From the NCBI GenBank assembly GCA_026770705.1, contig JANJGN010000014.1:114762001-114826000 (forward strand): 64,000 bases of DNA. The letters are read 5' to 3'. This DNA is from Isurus oxyrinchus (taxonomy: Eukaryota). Positions 24,621 to 36,145 of this stretch are shown here, piece by piece. Each line of letters begins with the position of its first letter. The stretch's first letter is position 1. A program made the translations under genes and the position numbers. The notes under the pieces are model-generated. The model had not been told where the DNA came from. It did not search any database and worked only from the letters and a program-made list of their open reading frames with translations.

Positions 24621-25075
24621 ATTGCAATGATGATTAATGATGGATGTGCGGGCTGTCGAATTTGAGAGCCTGGGGTAGGTGCTGCTGCTGACTCTGTGGG
24701 AGCCAGGGGGATGCATACAACCCAGGATGTGGGACAAACTTCTCAACTGATGGCTCAACAATGCTTAGTCTAGGTTCTTGCAGGGCCACCCAGCTCCTGA
24801 CCTCATTACAGCCTTGGCTCAAACATGGATAAAAGAGCTGAACTCAAGAGGTGAGGGGGATTGCCCTTGACACCAACATTTGACCGAGTGAGGAATCAAG
24901 AAGCCCTAGTAAAACTGGAGTCAATGTGAATCAGGGGGGAAACTCTCCACTGGTTGGAGTCATTTTGGGCACAAAGGAAGATGGCTGTGGTTGTTGGAAT
25001 TCAATCATCTCATTCCCAGGACATCACAGCAGGAGCTCCTCAGGCGAGTGTCTTCGGCACAATCATGTTCAGCTT

Positions 25076-27315
25076 TTTAAAAAATTCATTCATGAGATGT
25101 GGGCATCGCTGGCTAGGCCAGCATTTATTGCACATCACTAATTGCTCTTGAGAAGGTGGTGGTAAGCTGCCTTCTTGAATCCCTGCAGTCCATGTGGTGT
25201 AGGTACACCACAGTGCTGTTACGGAGGGAGTCCCAGGATTTTGACACAACGGCAGTGAAGGAACGGCAATATATTTCAAACTCAGGATTGTGAGTGGCTT
25301 AGAGGGGAACTTCCAGATGGTGGTGTTCCCATGTGTCTGCTACTCTTGTCCTTCTAGATGGTATTAGTTGTGGGTTTGGAAGGTGCTGTCTAAGGAGGCT
25401 TGGTGAATTCCAGTGCATCTTGCAGATGGTACACACTGCTGCCACTGTGCATTGGTAATGGAGGGAGTGAATGTTTGTGAATGGGGTGCCAATCAAGTGG
25501 GCTGCTTTGTCCTGGATGGTGTCAAGCTTCTTACTGTTGTTGGAGCTGCATTCATCCAGGCAAGTGGAGAGTATCCCATCACACTCCTGACCTGTGCCTT
25601 GTAGTAGTGGACAGGTTTTGGGGAATCAGGAGGTGAGTTATTCACCACAGGATTCTTAGCCTCTGACTGCTCTTGTAGCCACAATATTGTAGCCACAGTC
25701 AACATGCTCCTGGCTTGAGCATTGTAGATGGTGGACAGAATTTGGGGAGTCAGGAGGTGAGTTATTTGCCACAGAATTTCCAAACTCTAAACCTGATCTT
25801 GTAATCACAATATTTATATGGCTAGTCCAGTTCAGTTTCTGGTCAATGGTAATCCCCAGGATGTTGATAGTAAGGGATCCAGCAATGGTAATGCCATTGA
25901 AAGTCAAGAAACAATGGTGAGATTCTCTCCTGTTGGTCATTGCCTGGCACTTGTGTGGCAATTTTCCATGTTGCCGGGTAGATCCCAGTGTTGTAGCTGT
26001 ACTCGAACAGCTTGGCTTAGGGGCGCAGCAAGTTCTGGAGCATGTCTTCAGTACCACTACCTGAATATTGTCAGGGCCCATAACCTTTGCAGTATCCAGT
26101 GCCTTCAGCTGTTACTTAATAGCACATGGAGGGAATCAAATTGGCTGAAGACTGGCATCTGTGTTGCTGGGGACTCCCAGAGGAGGACGATATGGATCAT
26201 CCACTCAGCACTTCTTGCTGAAGATTGTTGCAAACGCTTCAGCCTTTTCTTTTGCACTGATGTGCTGGGCTCCCCCATCATTGACAATGGGGATTTTTAT
26301 GGAGCCACCTCCTCCAGTGAATTGTTTGATTGTCCACCACCGTTCATGACTGGATGTGGCAGGACTGCAGATCTTAATCTGATATGCTGGTTGTGTAATC
26401 GCTTAGTTCTGTCTATTGCTTGCTGCTTATGCTGTTTGGCACGCAAGTGGTTCTGTGTTGCAGCTTCACCAGGTTGACACCTCATTTTTAGGTATGCCTG
26501 GTACTGCTCCTGGAATGCCCTCCTGCACTTTTCATTGAACCCAAGTTGATCCCTGGCTTGGTGGCAATGGTAGAGTGGGGGATATACCGTGCCATGACGT
26601 TACAGATTGTGGTTGAGTACAATTCTGCTGCTGATGGCCCACCGCACTTCATGGTTGCTCAGTACTGAGTTGCTAGATCTGGTTGAAATCTATCCCATTT
26701 AGCACAGTGGTAGTGCCACACAACATGATGGAGGGTATCCTCAATGTGAAGATGGGACTGTGCGGTGGTCACTTCTACTGATACTGCCAAGGACAGTTGC
26801 ATCTGTGGCAGGCACACTGGTGAGGATGTTTCTCCCTCTTGTTGGTTCCCTTACCACTGACCACAGACTCAATTTTGCAGTAATGTCCTTAAGGACTCAG
26901 TCAGCTCGGTCTGTCGTGATGCTATAGAGCCACTCTTGGTGGTGGACATTGATGTCCCCCACCCAGAGTACAGTCTGCGCCCTTGCCAGCCTCAGTGCTT
27001 CCTCCAAGTGGTGTTCAACATGGAGGAGGACTGATTCATCAGCTGAGGAATAGTACGTGGTGCCATGAGACTACATGGAATTCGGAGTTGATATAGAGGA
27101 TTCCCAAGGTAACTCCCTCCCAACTATATACTACTGTGCCACCACCTCTGCTGTGAGGGTAATGGTAGTGTATGGGGCATTATCTGTGAGGTATGAGTTC
27201 ACGAGTATGACTATGTCAGGCTATGACTAGTCTGTGAGCCCCCCAGATGTTTGTAAGGAGGACATTGCAGGGCTGAGTTTGTTGTTTTCAGTGCCTGGGT
27301 TGATGCCAGGTGGTA
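25076..27315 (-). mobile_element. LINE family B, antisense, with internal deletion of the RT core
   Basis: 3' tail at 25076. ORF 25656-26081 fuses MGPDNIQVVVLKTC directly to KCQAMT...ILGITIDQKLNWTSHIN. Endonuclease remnants extend to about 27300. Confidence 0.85.
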
Positions 27316-27319
27316 CATT

Positions 27320-27640
27320 TTTAAAAATTCGTTCATGGGATGTGGGTGTTGCCGGCCAGGCTAGTATTTATTACCCATCCCTAGTTACCCTAGTTCAGAG
27401 GGCAATTAAGAGTCAACCACATTGCTGTGGGTCTGGTGTCACATGGCAGATTTCCTTCCCTAAAGAACATTAGTGAACCAAATGGGTTTTTATAACAATC
27501 GACAATGGTTTCATGGTCATCATTAGATTTTTAATTCCAGATTTGTATTGAATTCAATAGCAGGCTTTGAACCTGGGTCCCCAAAGCATTACCCTGGGTC
27601 TCTGGATTACTAGTGCAGCAACTTTACCACTATGTCATTA
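27320..27640 (-). mobile_element. tRNA-SINE (family B partner)
   Basis: Reverse complement of 3151-3460. Confidence 0.85.
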
Positions 27641-27659
27641 CCATTGCTTATTGACTTGT

Positions 27660-27933
27660 TTTTAGTGGGTTGATACAACTGACTGGTATGCTAGGCCATA
27701 TGGAGACATTCACATTGCTGTGGGTCTGGAGTGAGACCCAGATCAGGTAAGGGTGGCAGATTCCCTTCCCTAAAGGGCATTAGTGAACCAGATGGATTTT
27801 TAAGACAATCAACGTGGTTTCATGGTTATGATCAGACTTTTAATTCCAGGTTTTTATCTGCCGTGGTGGGATTCAAACATGGGTCTCTGGATTATTAGTC
27901 CAGTGACAATGCCACTACGCCACCACCTCTCCC
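27660..27933 (-). mobile_element. tRNA-SINE (family B partner)
   Basis: Head gggagaggtggtggcgtagtggcattgtcactggactaataatccagagaccc on the minus strand. Confidence 0.85.
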
Positions 27934-28924
27934 TGATGCTTCATGACCTTCCCTCCATCATAAGGTCAGAAAGTGGGGATGTTCACTGATGATTGCACAA
28001 TGTTCAGCACCATTCTTGACTCAAATACTGAAGCAGTACGTGAACATATGCAGCAAGATGTGGACAGCATTCAGGTTTGGACTGATAAGTGACAAGTAAC
28101 ATTCACGCCACACAATTGCCAGGCAATGACCATCTCCAACAACAGCGAATCCAACCATCTCCCTTTGACATTCAATAGCATTACTACAATATCCCCCACA
28201 TCAACATTCTGGGGTTACCATTGACCAGAAACTGAAGTGGACTAACCATATAAATACTGTGGCAACAAGAGCAGATCAGAAACTGGGAATTCTGCAGGGG
28301 GTAGCTCACCTCCTGACTCCCCAAACCTTGTCCAACATCTACAAGGCACAAGTCAGGAGTGTGATAGAATACTCTCCACTTACCTACTTATCTGGATGAG
28401 TGCAGCTCCAACAACACTCAAGAAGCTTGACACCATCCAGGTAAAAGCAGCTCACTTGATTGGCACCTCATCCACCACCTTAAGCACCTAATCCCCCCAT
28501 CACTGATGCACATTGGCTGCAGTGTGTACCATCTACAAGTAGCAACTCACCAAGTCTCCTTAAACAGCACCTTCCCAATCTGCGACCTCTACCACCTAGA
28601 AGGATGAGGTCAGCAGATGCATGGAAACACCAACACCTGCAAGTTCTCTCCAAGCCACACACCATCTGACTTGGAATTATATCGCTGTTCCTTCACTGTC
28701 TCTGGGTCAAGATCTTGGAGCTCCCTCTCTAACAGCACTGTGGGTGTACCTACACTGCATGGACTGCCGTGGCTCAGGAAGGCGGCTCACTACCATCTTC
28801 TCAAGGGCAATGAGGGACAGGCAACAAAAATGTCAGTCTAGCCAGCAGTGCCCACATCCTGTGAAAGAGTGAAAAAAGAACGGCACAATCCCGGAAAATC
28901 CAGGACGGTTGGTCAGCCAGGTGA

Positions 28925-29872
28925 TTACTGGTATCCTGCAAGGATGTATTGGATGTCACTGTATCTATTAATTACTTAGATGATAGGATAGAAACCCGCA
29001 TTCCCAAAGTTTGCTGATGACACAAAAATAGGTGGTATTATAAGCAGTGTAGATTGGAAGTGTAACATTACAAAGAGGTGTTGATAAAGTGAATGGGTAA
29101 AACTGTGGCAAATAGATTTCAATGTAGGCAAATGTGAGGTTATCCACTTTGGATCTAAGAAGGATAGAATAGAGTAGTTTCTAAATGGTGAAAAATTAGA
29201 AACAGTGGAGGTCCAAAGAAACTTTGGGGTCCAGATACATAGATGATTAACATGTCATGAACAGGGACAGAAAGTAATCGAAAGGCTAATGCTGACCTTA
29301 CATCTAGAGGACTAGAATATAAGGGCATAGAAGTTATGCTACAGCTATTTAAAAGTCCTTGTTACTGGAGAGCTGTGAGCAGTTCCAGACACCACACCTT
29401 AAGAACGACATGCTGGCCTTGGAGGAAGTACAGCGCAGATTTCCCAGGGTTAAATTATGAGGAGACATTACACAAACTAGGGTCTTATGCCTTAGAATTC
29501 AGCAGGTCAAAGGGAGTTTTGATTGAAGTTTCCAAGATATAAAGGGGAACAGATACGATAGATTAGGAGAAACTATTTCTGTTAGTTGAACAGTCTAGGA
29601 CTAGAGGGCATAGTCAAGAGTAAGAGCCAGCCTTTTTAGAAGTGAAATTAGATAGCACTTCTACATGCAAAGTGTGGTAGAAATTTGTAACTTTTCCACA
29701 AATGATAATGGATGCAAAATCAATTGTTACTTTTAAATCTGAGTGCGATAAGATTGTCAACCAAAGGGATATGGGGCAAAGATGGTTATATGGAGCTAGG
29801 CCAGAGAGCAATAATGATCTCATTTAAGGATAGAATAGGTTTGAGAGGATAAATTATCTATTCCTGTTCCTG
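28925..29872 (+). mobile_element. Old CR1 3' fragment
   Basis: KFADDTKIGG, WQIDFNVGKCEVIHFG and NYEETLHKLG; ends ttcctgttcctgtg. Confidence 0.85.
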
Positions 29873-30644
29873 TGCAAGTTAAGTCCAGTGCAAATCAAGT
29901 ACCCGTGATCTTTGCCTTGATTTAAAAAAAATCTTTCTGGAAGCAGCGCACCCACAAAACTGGGCACTCCCAGATTGAATAATCAGCATAGTGAATTTCT
30001 GTTAATTACGCATGTCTGTGGCCCTTTGATGAGGCTTATAAAATTAAGGGTATTTTTTGAAAATGGTATACGGGCACTAGTAGATAACTTCTAAAAGCTT
30101 TGAAACATTCACAAAATGAACATACTAAGAAACTGGCTACTGTACAAGAATTAAAAAGTTCTGGAGAGTTTTTCAAAGTTATTTTCAGTTATTTAAAATT
30201 GGGTTGCTCCCAGGTGAACTAGACACTTATTAAAAATGCTTTTTGATGATAGATCCATTTTTAGCTGTGTTAATAAAACTTCACCAGGTTACCATGCTTA
30301 AATATATCAATAAATATCAAGAAAAAAAAACATGCTTCAAAATGTTGGTTAATGGAAGATTTTACATTTATGAAGTTGAGCAGAAACCAGCAAACCATAA
30401 CTTTATTTCAGAAAACTAGTGCAAATCTGAGCACAATTTATGCCCAGATGCAACAAACTAGAAATTCTATCCCCATGCCTTCTATTTGCTGTGAAATGAA
30501 CTACCTAATCCTTTGCAAATTCCATATTGAATCCATTACAAGTCAGGCAATTCAAGGGTGAACTTTTTGCATTGTTAATTTTGTTTTTTAGCTCTAATTA
30601 ATAGATTATTATTTAAAAATGACTATTCAGAACAACATGTATAT

Positions 30645-31520
30645 TTTATGATGATCCGGTTAGGGACCAGTAACTTTTGTTGTAAAGTAGACGAAATTTG
30701 AATTCTCAGGTATTTACTAAGAGAATAAAGCTACAAGATTCCATGGTTTTAAACAGAGAAGAAATTTTACTCTACAAGAGTCAACAAAGCAGTCAAGACT
30801 ATTATCTTATACAGTAACGTCCAGAATTAATATGAGTTTAACATGAATTAATAGGCAAACCATGGTCAAACACAACACAAACTTCACATTAAATGGCAGA
30901 CACTACCAAGACAGACTGCACAAATTTTATCATCAACCCACCCAACCTTCAGTGATCACTGTGACTCACAAAAAACCTACAAAATTCTGTCTTCTTCAAG
31001 AGGAATTTCAGCTCCTCTCCTTCAAAGAGCTTGTCTAATTCCCAGCTGACAGCAGTTCTGCCAGCCGAGTTCCATAAGTACAGTCCTCATGAAAAGGAAC
31101 ACTATCCCAAATCTTTCTCAGACCTGCTTCTAGATCCAGCCTTCTTTGCCTTCTTTTCCAGCTCAGTTGACCTACTTCTGAGACTGCATCCCACTGTGTT
31201 GACCAGGCCGCAGTCCAGCGCCTAAATACAGCCAGCTCCTCAGCAATGCTGTTGCCAACAGCCACTGTTCATCTTCCAACTCTCTGGTAGACAACCGCTC
31301 TTAGGCTGCTCTGAGCCCTAGCATCCCAGCTGAGCTGCTACCAACAACTACCCTTTGGACTGATCTATTTCCTGTTAAATCTTACAATAGGTAAACCTCT
31401 GTTCTGAGGAAAGGTACATTCTGTGCCTCCAGTCAACCAAAGGTCACTCCCACAGGTACTCAATTATAATTGCTCCACACCAAAAACAGATAGAAACTCA
31501 AAAATAAAGACTCCCTTACA
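30645..31520. mobile_element. Probable solo LTR
   Basis: Non-coding ~875-bp block ending ...cccttACA, with ATAT on both flanks (30641-30644, 31521-31524). The left TG terminus is degenerate. Confidence 0.45.
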
Positions 31521-31528
31521 ATATACAA

Positions 31529-31554
<26 letters not shown>
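31529..31554. repeat. (AT)n microsatellite
   Basis: atatatat run. Confidence 0.95.
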
Positions 31555-31559
<5 letters not shown>

Positions 31560-31720
31560 AAGGTTTAGATACTTAATAGATACATTGCTATATATTTAAT
31601 CAGGGTTTATTGCTAAGGTCAAACATGATACATCTTAGCACATGGGATTGCAGGGAATGTGTAATATAAAAAATAAACTGAAGGCCAATCACAACTGGAA
31701 ATGAAAACGGGTCTATTATT

Positions 31721-31973
31721 AAGATAAAAGCAAAATACTGTGGATGCTGGAAATCTGAAATAAAAACTGAAAATGCTGGAAAATTGCAGCAGGCCTGACA
31801 GCAGCTGTGGATAGAGAAATAGAGTTAAAATTTCGAGTCCATATGACCCTTCTTTAGTTATATTTAGAAATATTAACTCTGTTTCTCTCTACAGATGCTG
31901 TCAACTTTGTTTCTCTCTCCTCAGATGCTGTTAGACCTGCTGAGTTTTTCCAGCATATTCTGTTGTTATTACA
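31721..31973. mobile_element. Palindromic Penelope-terminus insertion (older)
   Basis: Inverted arms around about 31860 and TSD ggtct(a/g)ttatt (31710-31720, 31974-31984). Confidence 0.85.
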
Positions 31974-32170
31974 GGTCTGTTATTTCCTGCCTGGTAAAGT
32001 TTTGGAGCTTGTTTTATAGAGCACCACATTTTCCTTTCCTTGGAGTGCTCCATCACAGGCACTGTACAAAATCAATTTGCTATGTTCTAGGACAGTATGG
32101 ATACCATCATTTTTATCTGTGTAGTTTCCACTGATGTCTAATATATGGAATGAGGACCTACTTCCCAATG

Positions 32171-33700
32171 TAAGACCATAAGACAAAGGAGCAGAAATTA
32201 GGCCATTCGGCCCATCGAGTCTGCTCCGCCATTCAATCACGCCTGATAAGTTTCTCAACCCCATTCTCCCGTCTTCGCCCCGTATCCTTTGATCCCCTTA
32301 CCAATCAAGACCCTATCTATCTCGGTCTTAAATACACTCAATGACCTGGCCTCCACAGACTTCTGTGGCAATGAATTCCATAGATTCACCACTCTCTGGC
32401 TAAAGAAGTTTCTCCTCATCTCTTTTCTAAAAGGTCTTCCCTTTACTCTGAGGCTGTGCGCTTGGGTCCTAGTCTCTCCTACTAATGGAAACATCTTCCC
32501 CACGTCCACTCTGTCCAGGCCTTTCAGTATTCTCTAAGATCCCCCCTCATCCTTCTAAATTCCATCAAGTATAAACCCAGAGTCCTCAAACGTTCCTCAT
32601 ATGTTAAGCCTTTCATTCCTGGGATCATTCTTGTGAACCTCCTCTGGACCCTCTCCAGGGCCAGCATATCCTTCCTGAGATACGGGGCCCAAAATTGCTC
32701 ACAATATTCTAAATGTGGTCTGACCAGAGCCTTATAAAACCTCAGCAGCACATCCCTGCTTTTATATTCTACTCCTCTCGAAATAAATGCCAACATTGCA
32801 TTTGCCTTCCTAACTACCGACTCACCTGCAAGTTAACCTGAAGAGAATCCTGGACTAGGACTCCCAAGTCCCTTTGCACTCCAGATTTCTGAATTCTCTC
32901 CCCATTTAGAAAATAGTCTATGCCTCTATTCTTCCTACCAAAGTGCATGACCACACACTTCCCCACATTGTATTCCATCTGCCACTTCTTTGCCCATTCT
33001 CTTAACCTGTCCAAATCCTTCTGCAGCCTCCCCACCTCCTCAATACTACCTGTCCCTCCACCTAGCTTTGTATCATCTGCAAGCTTAGCCAGGATGCCCT
33101 CAGTTCCTTCATCTAGATCATTAATGTATAAAGTGAAAAGTTGTGGTCCCAACACTGACCCTTGCAGAACTCCATTAGTTACCAGCCGCCATCCTGAGAA
33201 GGACCCCCTTATCCCCAATCTCTGCCTCCTGCCAGACAGCCAATCTTCTATCCATGCTAGTACCTTATCTCTAACACCATGGGCTCTTATCCTACTGAGC
33301 AGCCTCCTGTGCGGCACCTTGTTAAAGGCCTTCTGGAAGTCCAAGTAAATAACATCCATTGTCTCTCCTTTGTCTAACCTACTCATTACCTCCTCAAAGA
33401 ATTCTAACAGACTTGTCAGGCATGACCTCCCCTTGATGAAACCATGCTGACTTTGCCCTATTTTACCATGCACTTCCAAGTATTCTGAAATCTCATCCTT
33501 AATAATGGACTCTAAATCTTACCAATGACCGAGGTCAGGCTAATTAGCCTATAATTTCCCGTCTTTTGCTTCACTCCCTTCTTAAACAGGGGGGTTACAT
33601 TTGCGATTTTCCAGTCCTCTGGGACCCTCCTTGACTCCAGTGATTCCTGAAAGATTACCACTAACGCCTCCACTATCTCTTCAGCTATCTCCTTCAGAAC
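32171..33700 (-). mobile_element. Young CR1 (HER1-like) LINE, 5'-truncated RT pseudogene
   Basis: ORF 32814-33479 contains QHGF, YLDFQKAFNKV, QGSVLGPQLF and ADDT motifs; C-terminal ORFs run to 32255; 3' repeat (tcttatgg)n. Confidence 0.95.
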
Positions 33701-34069
33701 AGTTCATCCAACAATCTGAATGACATTTATGGAGGCAAACTGGGGCTTAGTTCACACAATAAAGAATTCTCACCTTGCTGTGCTTGAATTAGAAAAATGT
33801 TTATGCTTAAATCATAAATTTACTGTCTAGTCCTCCTCACACTATTTTGCCATTCTTTCTCGATGAATTCCTTATTTTCAGGTAATTAATATTAACAAAA
33901 ATGAAAATAGAGGCTCCTCAGGATTGATACTTCAGAGATTACATTTTTAAATGAAGAATTAGACTTTGGTCCAGAAGTCTGGATAAGTCAGAACCTTTGA
34001 AGATATGATTACAAGTTTTTGCTCTTCCCTTCCCATCAGAAACATGCTTGTAAGTATTTGTATGTGTGA

Positions 34070-34304
34070 AACAAAAACAGAATTACCTGGAAAAACTCAG
34101 CAGGTCAGGCAGCATCGGCGAAGAAGAAAAGAGTTGATGTTTCGAGTCCTCATGACCCATGAGGTCATGAGGACTCGAAACATCAACTCTTTTCTGCTCC
34201 GCCGATGCTGCCAGACCTGCTGAGTTTTTCCAGGTAATTCTGTTTTTGTTTTGGATTTCCAGCATCTGCGGGTTTTTTTTTTGTTTTTTTTTTTTGTTTT
34301 TATC
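34070..34304. mobile_element. Young palindromic Penelope-terminus insertion
   Basis: Arms 34069-34157 and 34163-34251, a T-rich tail, and a perfect 13-bp TSD tttgtatgtgtga (34057-34069, 34305-34317). Confidence 0.92.
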
Positions 34305-35237
34305 TTTGTATGTGTGATCCATTTTCATTCATTGTTCAAAGTTAATTAGGCTAAATCAGACTAGATTGGAAGTTTAGTCAAACCTCAGCTGGCAACTATT
34401 GGGATTGGCCCAATGGTTTAGAAGGATAAACTCACGCCACGAATGTAACATAAGCAAATTAAAAATCTAATATCAGATATGTACGGTCAACAATACACCT
34501 GACTGCAAAACAATATAAAAGTGCAAAATCAAAGGTCTGAAACGATAGTTTTTTATTTGGATGCTGAACCTGCTGAACATTAGCTGGCAGCCATGACTGA
34601 ATGCTGTACTGTGCAATGGTAATATCGTTCAGGAAGGTCACGCAGTAATCCAAACCTGAGCAGCTTCGGCAGTTTTGTGCTTTCTTATTAAGTAAGGAAC
34701 TTTTTTTAATAAGGAACTTTTCAATGGTAGTTTAAGATATGGAAGATCAACCTGGAACAATGATTAAAAGCAGCTGGGAGAGAGATATACTAAGTGTGAA
34801 ATAATGTGCACATAAATCCTATGTCCCAGATGAAGAAGTTGAGGAGCTGATCCATGGCCTCTGTGGCCATGCTGCTCCTGTGCTCAGTTTGACAGGTGCT
34901 TTGTTATCCCACCATGTATTCCTCTTCCTCGGTTGTGATCACTTGCCCTGCCTCACCAAACTTAGTAGTATTCTTTAAAATATTTGTTTGGGCTGGCGCC
35001 TGCATTGAGTGGCTTGGTAGAATTTTGGGTACAATAATACATTGTTTGGATAGCTGCATAGTATGGATTCAATATTCTGGGCTTTGGGATATGTCTGTAA
35101 AAAAATAGCACAAGGTAAGCATACCGACAGTGCTATGTATATAAACTTTCTTAAATCTGCTGAAAATGAAAGTCATTGCTCCACAAACCATTGTCATCTA
35201 CCAACTTTATCATTCACCACCCCACTGTCCACATCCC

Positions 35238-35292
35238 TGCCCCCCCCTCCCACCGCCCCCACCCCCCAACTACCCCCCCTCCCCCACCCACC
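35238..35292. repeat. C-run low-complexity tract (potential G-quadruplex on the minus strand)
   Basis: Multiple C4-C8 runs. Confidence 0.8.
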
Positions 35293-35433
35293 CAGAACCT
35301 TTATTATCTCCTATCCTATAACATTCATAATGGGCTGCTTGTAACAAGTAATGGGTTTTATTTGTGTGCCACTTGTTTTCTAGAACAGAACCATCTGTTC
35401 AATGTTGTCTTCTTCTGCATTGTTCGAGGCTTA

Positions 35434-35562
35434 GGCCGGGATTTTCCAGCCCTGTTGTGGATGGGACCTGCTGTGGGTGAGGCGGCGCCCCAGCCAGAAG
35501 TCCATTGACTTGCGGTGGGACCAGAAGATCCCAGCGGCGGGCGGGTGTGGAAAATCCTGCCC
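35434..35562. mobile_element. 129-bp Harbinger-type MITE (same family as 5656)
   Basis: TIRs GGCCGGGATTTTCCA / TGGAAAATCCTGCCC, TSD TTA, and shared internal cggtgggacc. Confidence 0.9.
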
Positions 35563-35855
35563 TTAATCTTGCAGCAAGAAGCTAAAACTGGCATATGGCA
35601 TATAACATTTCTACGTCTAGCGACACAAAACATAAATCACCTTGCTGGCTGAAGATGGAAAAGCAGTGTGAGTGTCTTATGCGAGGTAACCATCTTTCTT
35701 ATTCTGCCTTCTTTTGCCTGTTTGGATAGTTCAGAAATAATCTTATTGCCCCTGCTTTTTTCTATATGTACAGTAAGGTATTAGTGAAAAAAAAACAAAA
35801 ACAGAATTACCTGGAAAAACTCAGCAGGTCTGGCAGCATCGGCGGAGAAGAAAAG

Positions 35856-35894
35856 AGTTGACGTTTCGAGTCCTCATGACCCTTCGACAGAACT
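35856..35894 (-). ncRNA. Mirror copy of the hammerhead-like motif
   Basis: Exact reverse complement of 35941-35979. Confidence 0.65.
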
Positions 35895-35940
35895 TGATTT
35901 CGAGTCCAAGAAAAAGTCCTTTTTCTTGGACTTGAAATCA

Positions 35941-35979
35941 AGTTCTGTCGAAGGGTCATGAGGACTCGAAACGTCAACT
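35941..35979 (+). ncRNA. Minimal type I hammerhead ribozyme-like motif (variant core CUGUCGA)
   Basis: Stem I agtt/aact, core CTGTCGA, stem II gggtc-atgag-gactc, GAAA, palindromic stem III ACGT, and predicted GUC cleavage after 35975. Confidence 0.65.
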
Positions 35980-36145
35980 CTTTTCTTCTCCGCCGATGCT
36001 GCCAGACCTGCTGAGTTTTTCCAGGTAATTCTGTTTTTGTTTTGGATTTCCAGCATCCGCAGTTTTTTTTGTTTTTATCAAGGTTATTAGTGAAATCTGG
36101 GGTAAAAATACTCACCAAAACTTTTTAAGTAAATATAGTTGACAC

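Larger units (their letters stand above)
24770..28878 (+). mobile_element. LINE family B (RT to 3' end), split by an insertion cluster at 25076-27935
   Basis: 24770-25075 encodes QGHPAPDLITALAQTWIKELN...QDITAGAPQASVFGTIMFS. It resumes at 27936 with DLPSIIRSE.GMFTDDCTMF and runs to the 3' tail at 28878. Confidence 0.85.
35791..36079. mobile_element. Young palindromic Penelope-terminus insertion with 125-bp arms
   Basis: Arms 35792-35916 and 35919-36043 with one G-T mismatch; TSD aaggt(t)attagtgaaa (35776-35790, 36080-36095). Confidence 0.92.

Noticed and set aside
34069-34251. pre-miRNA or DNA-transposon MITE
   Set aside because: The arms are Penelope termini with an asymmetric T-rich tail and a 13-bp TSD, which fits retro-insertion.
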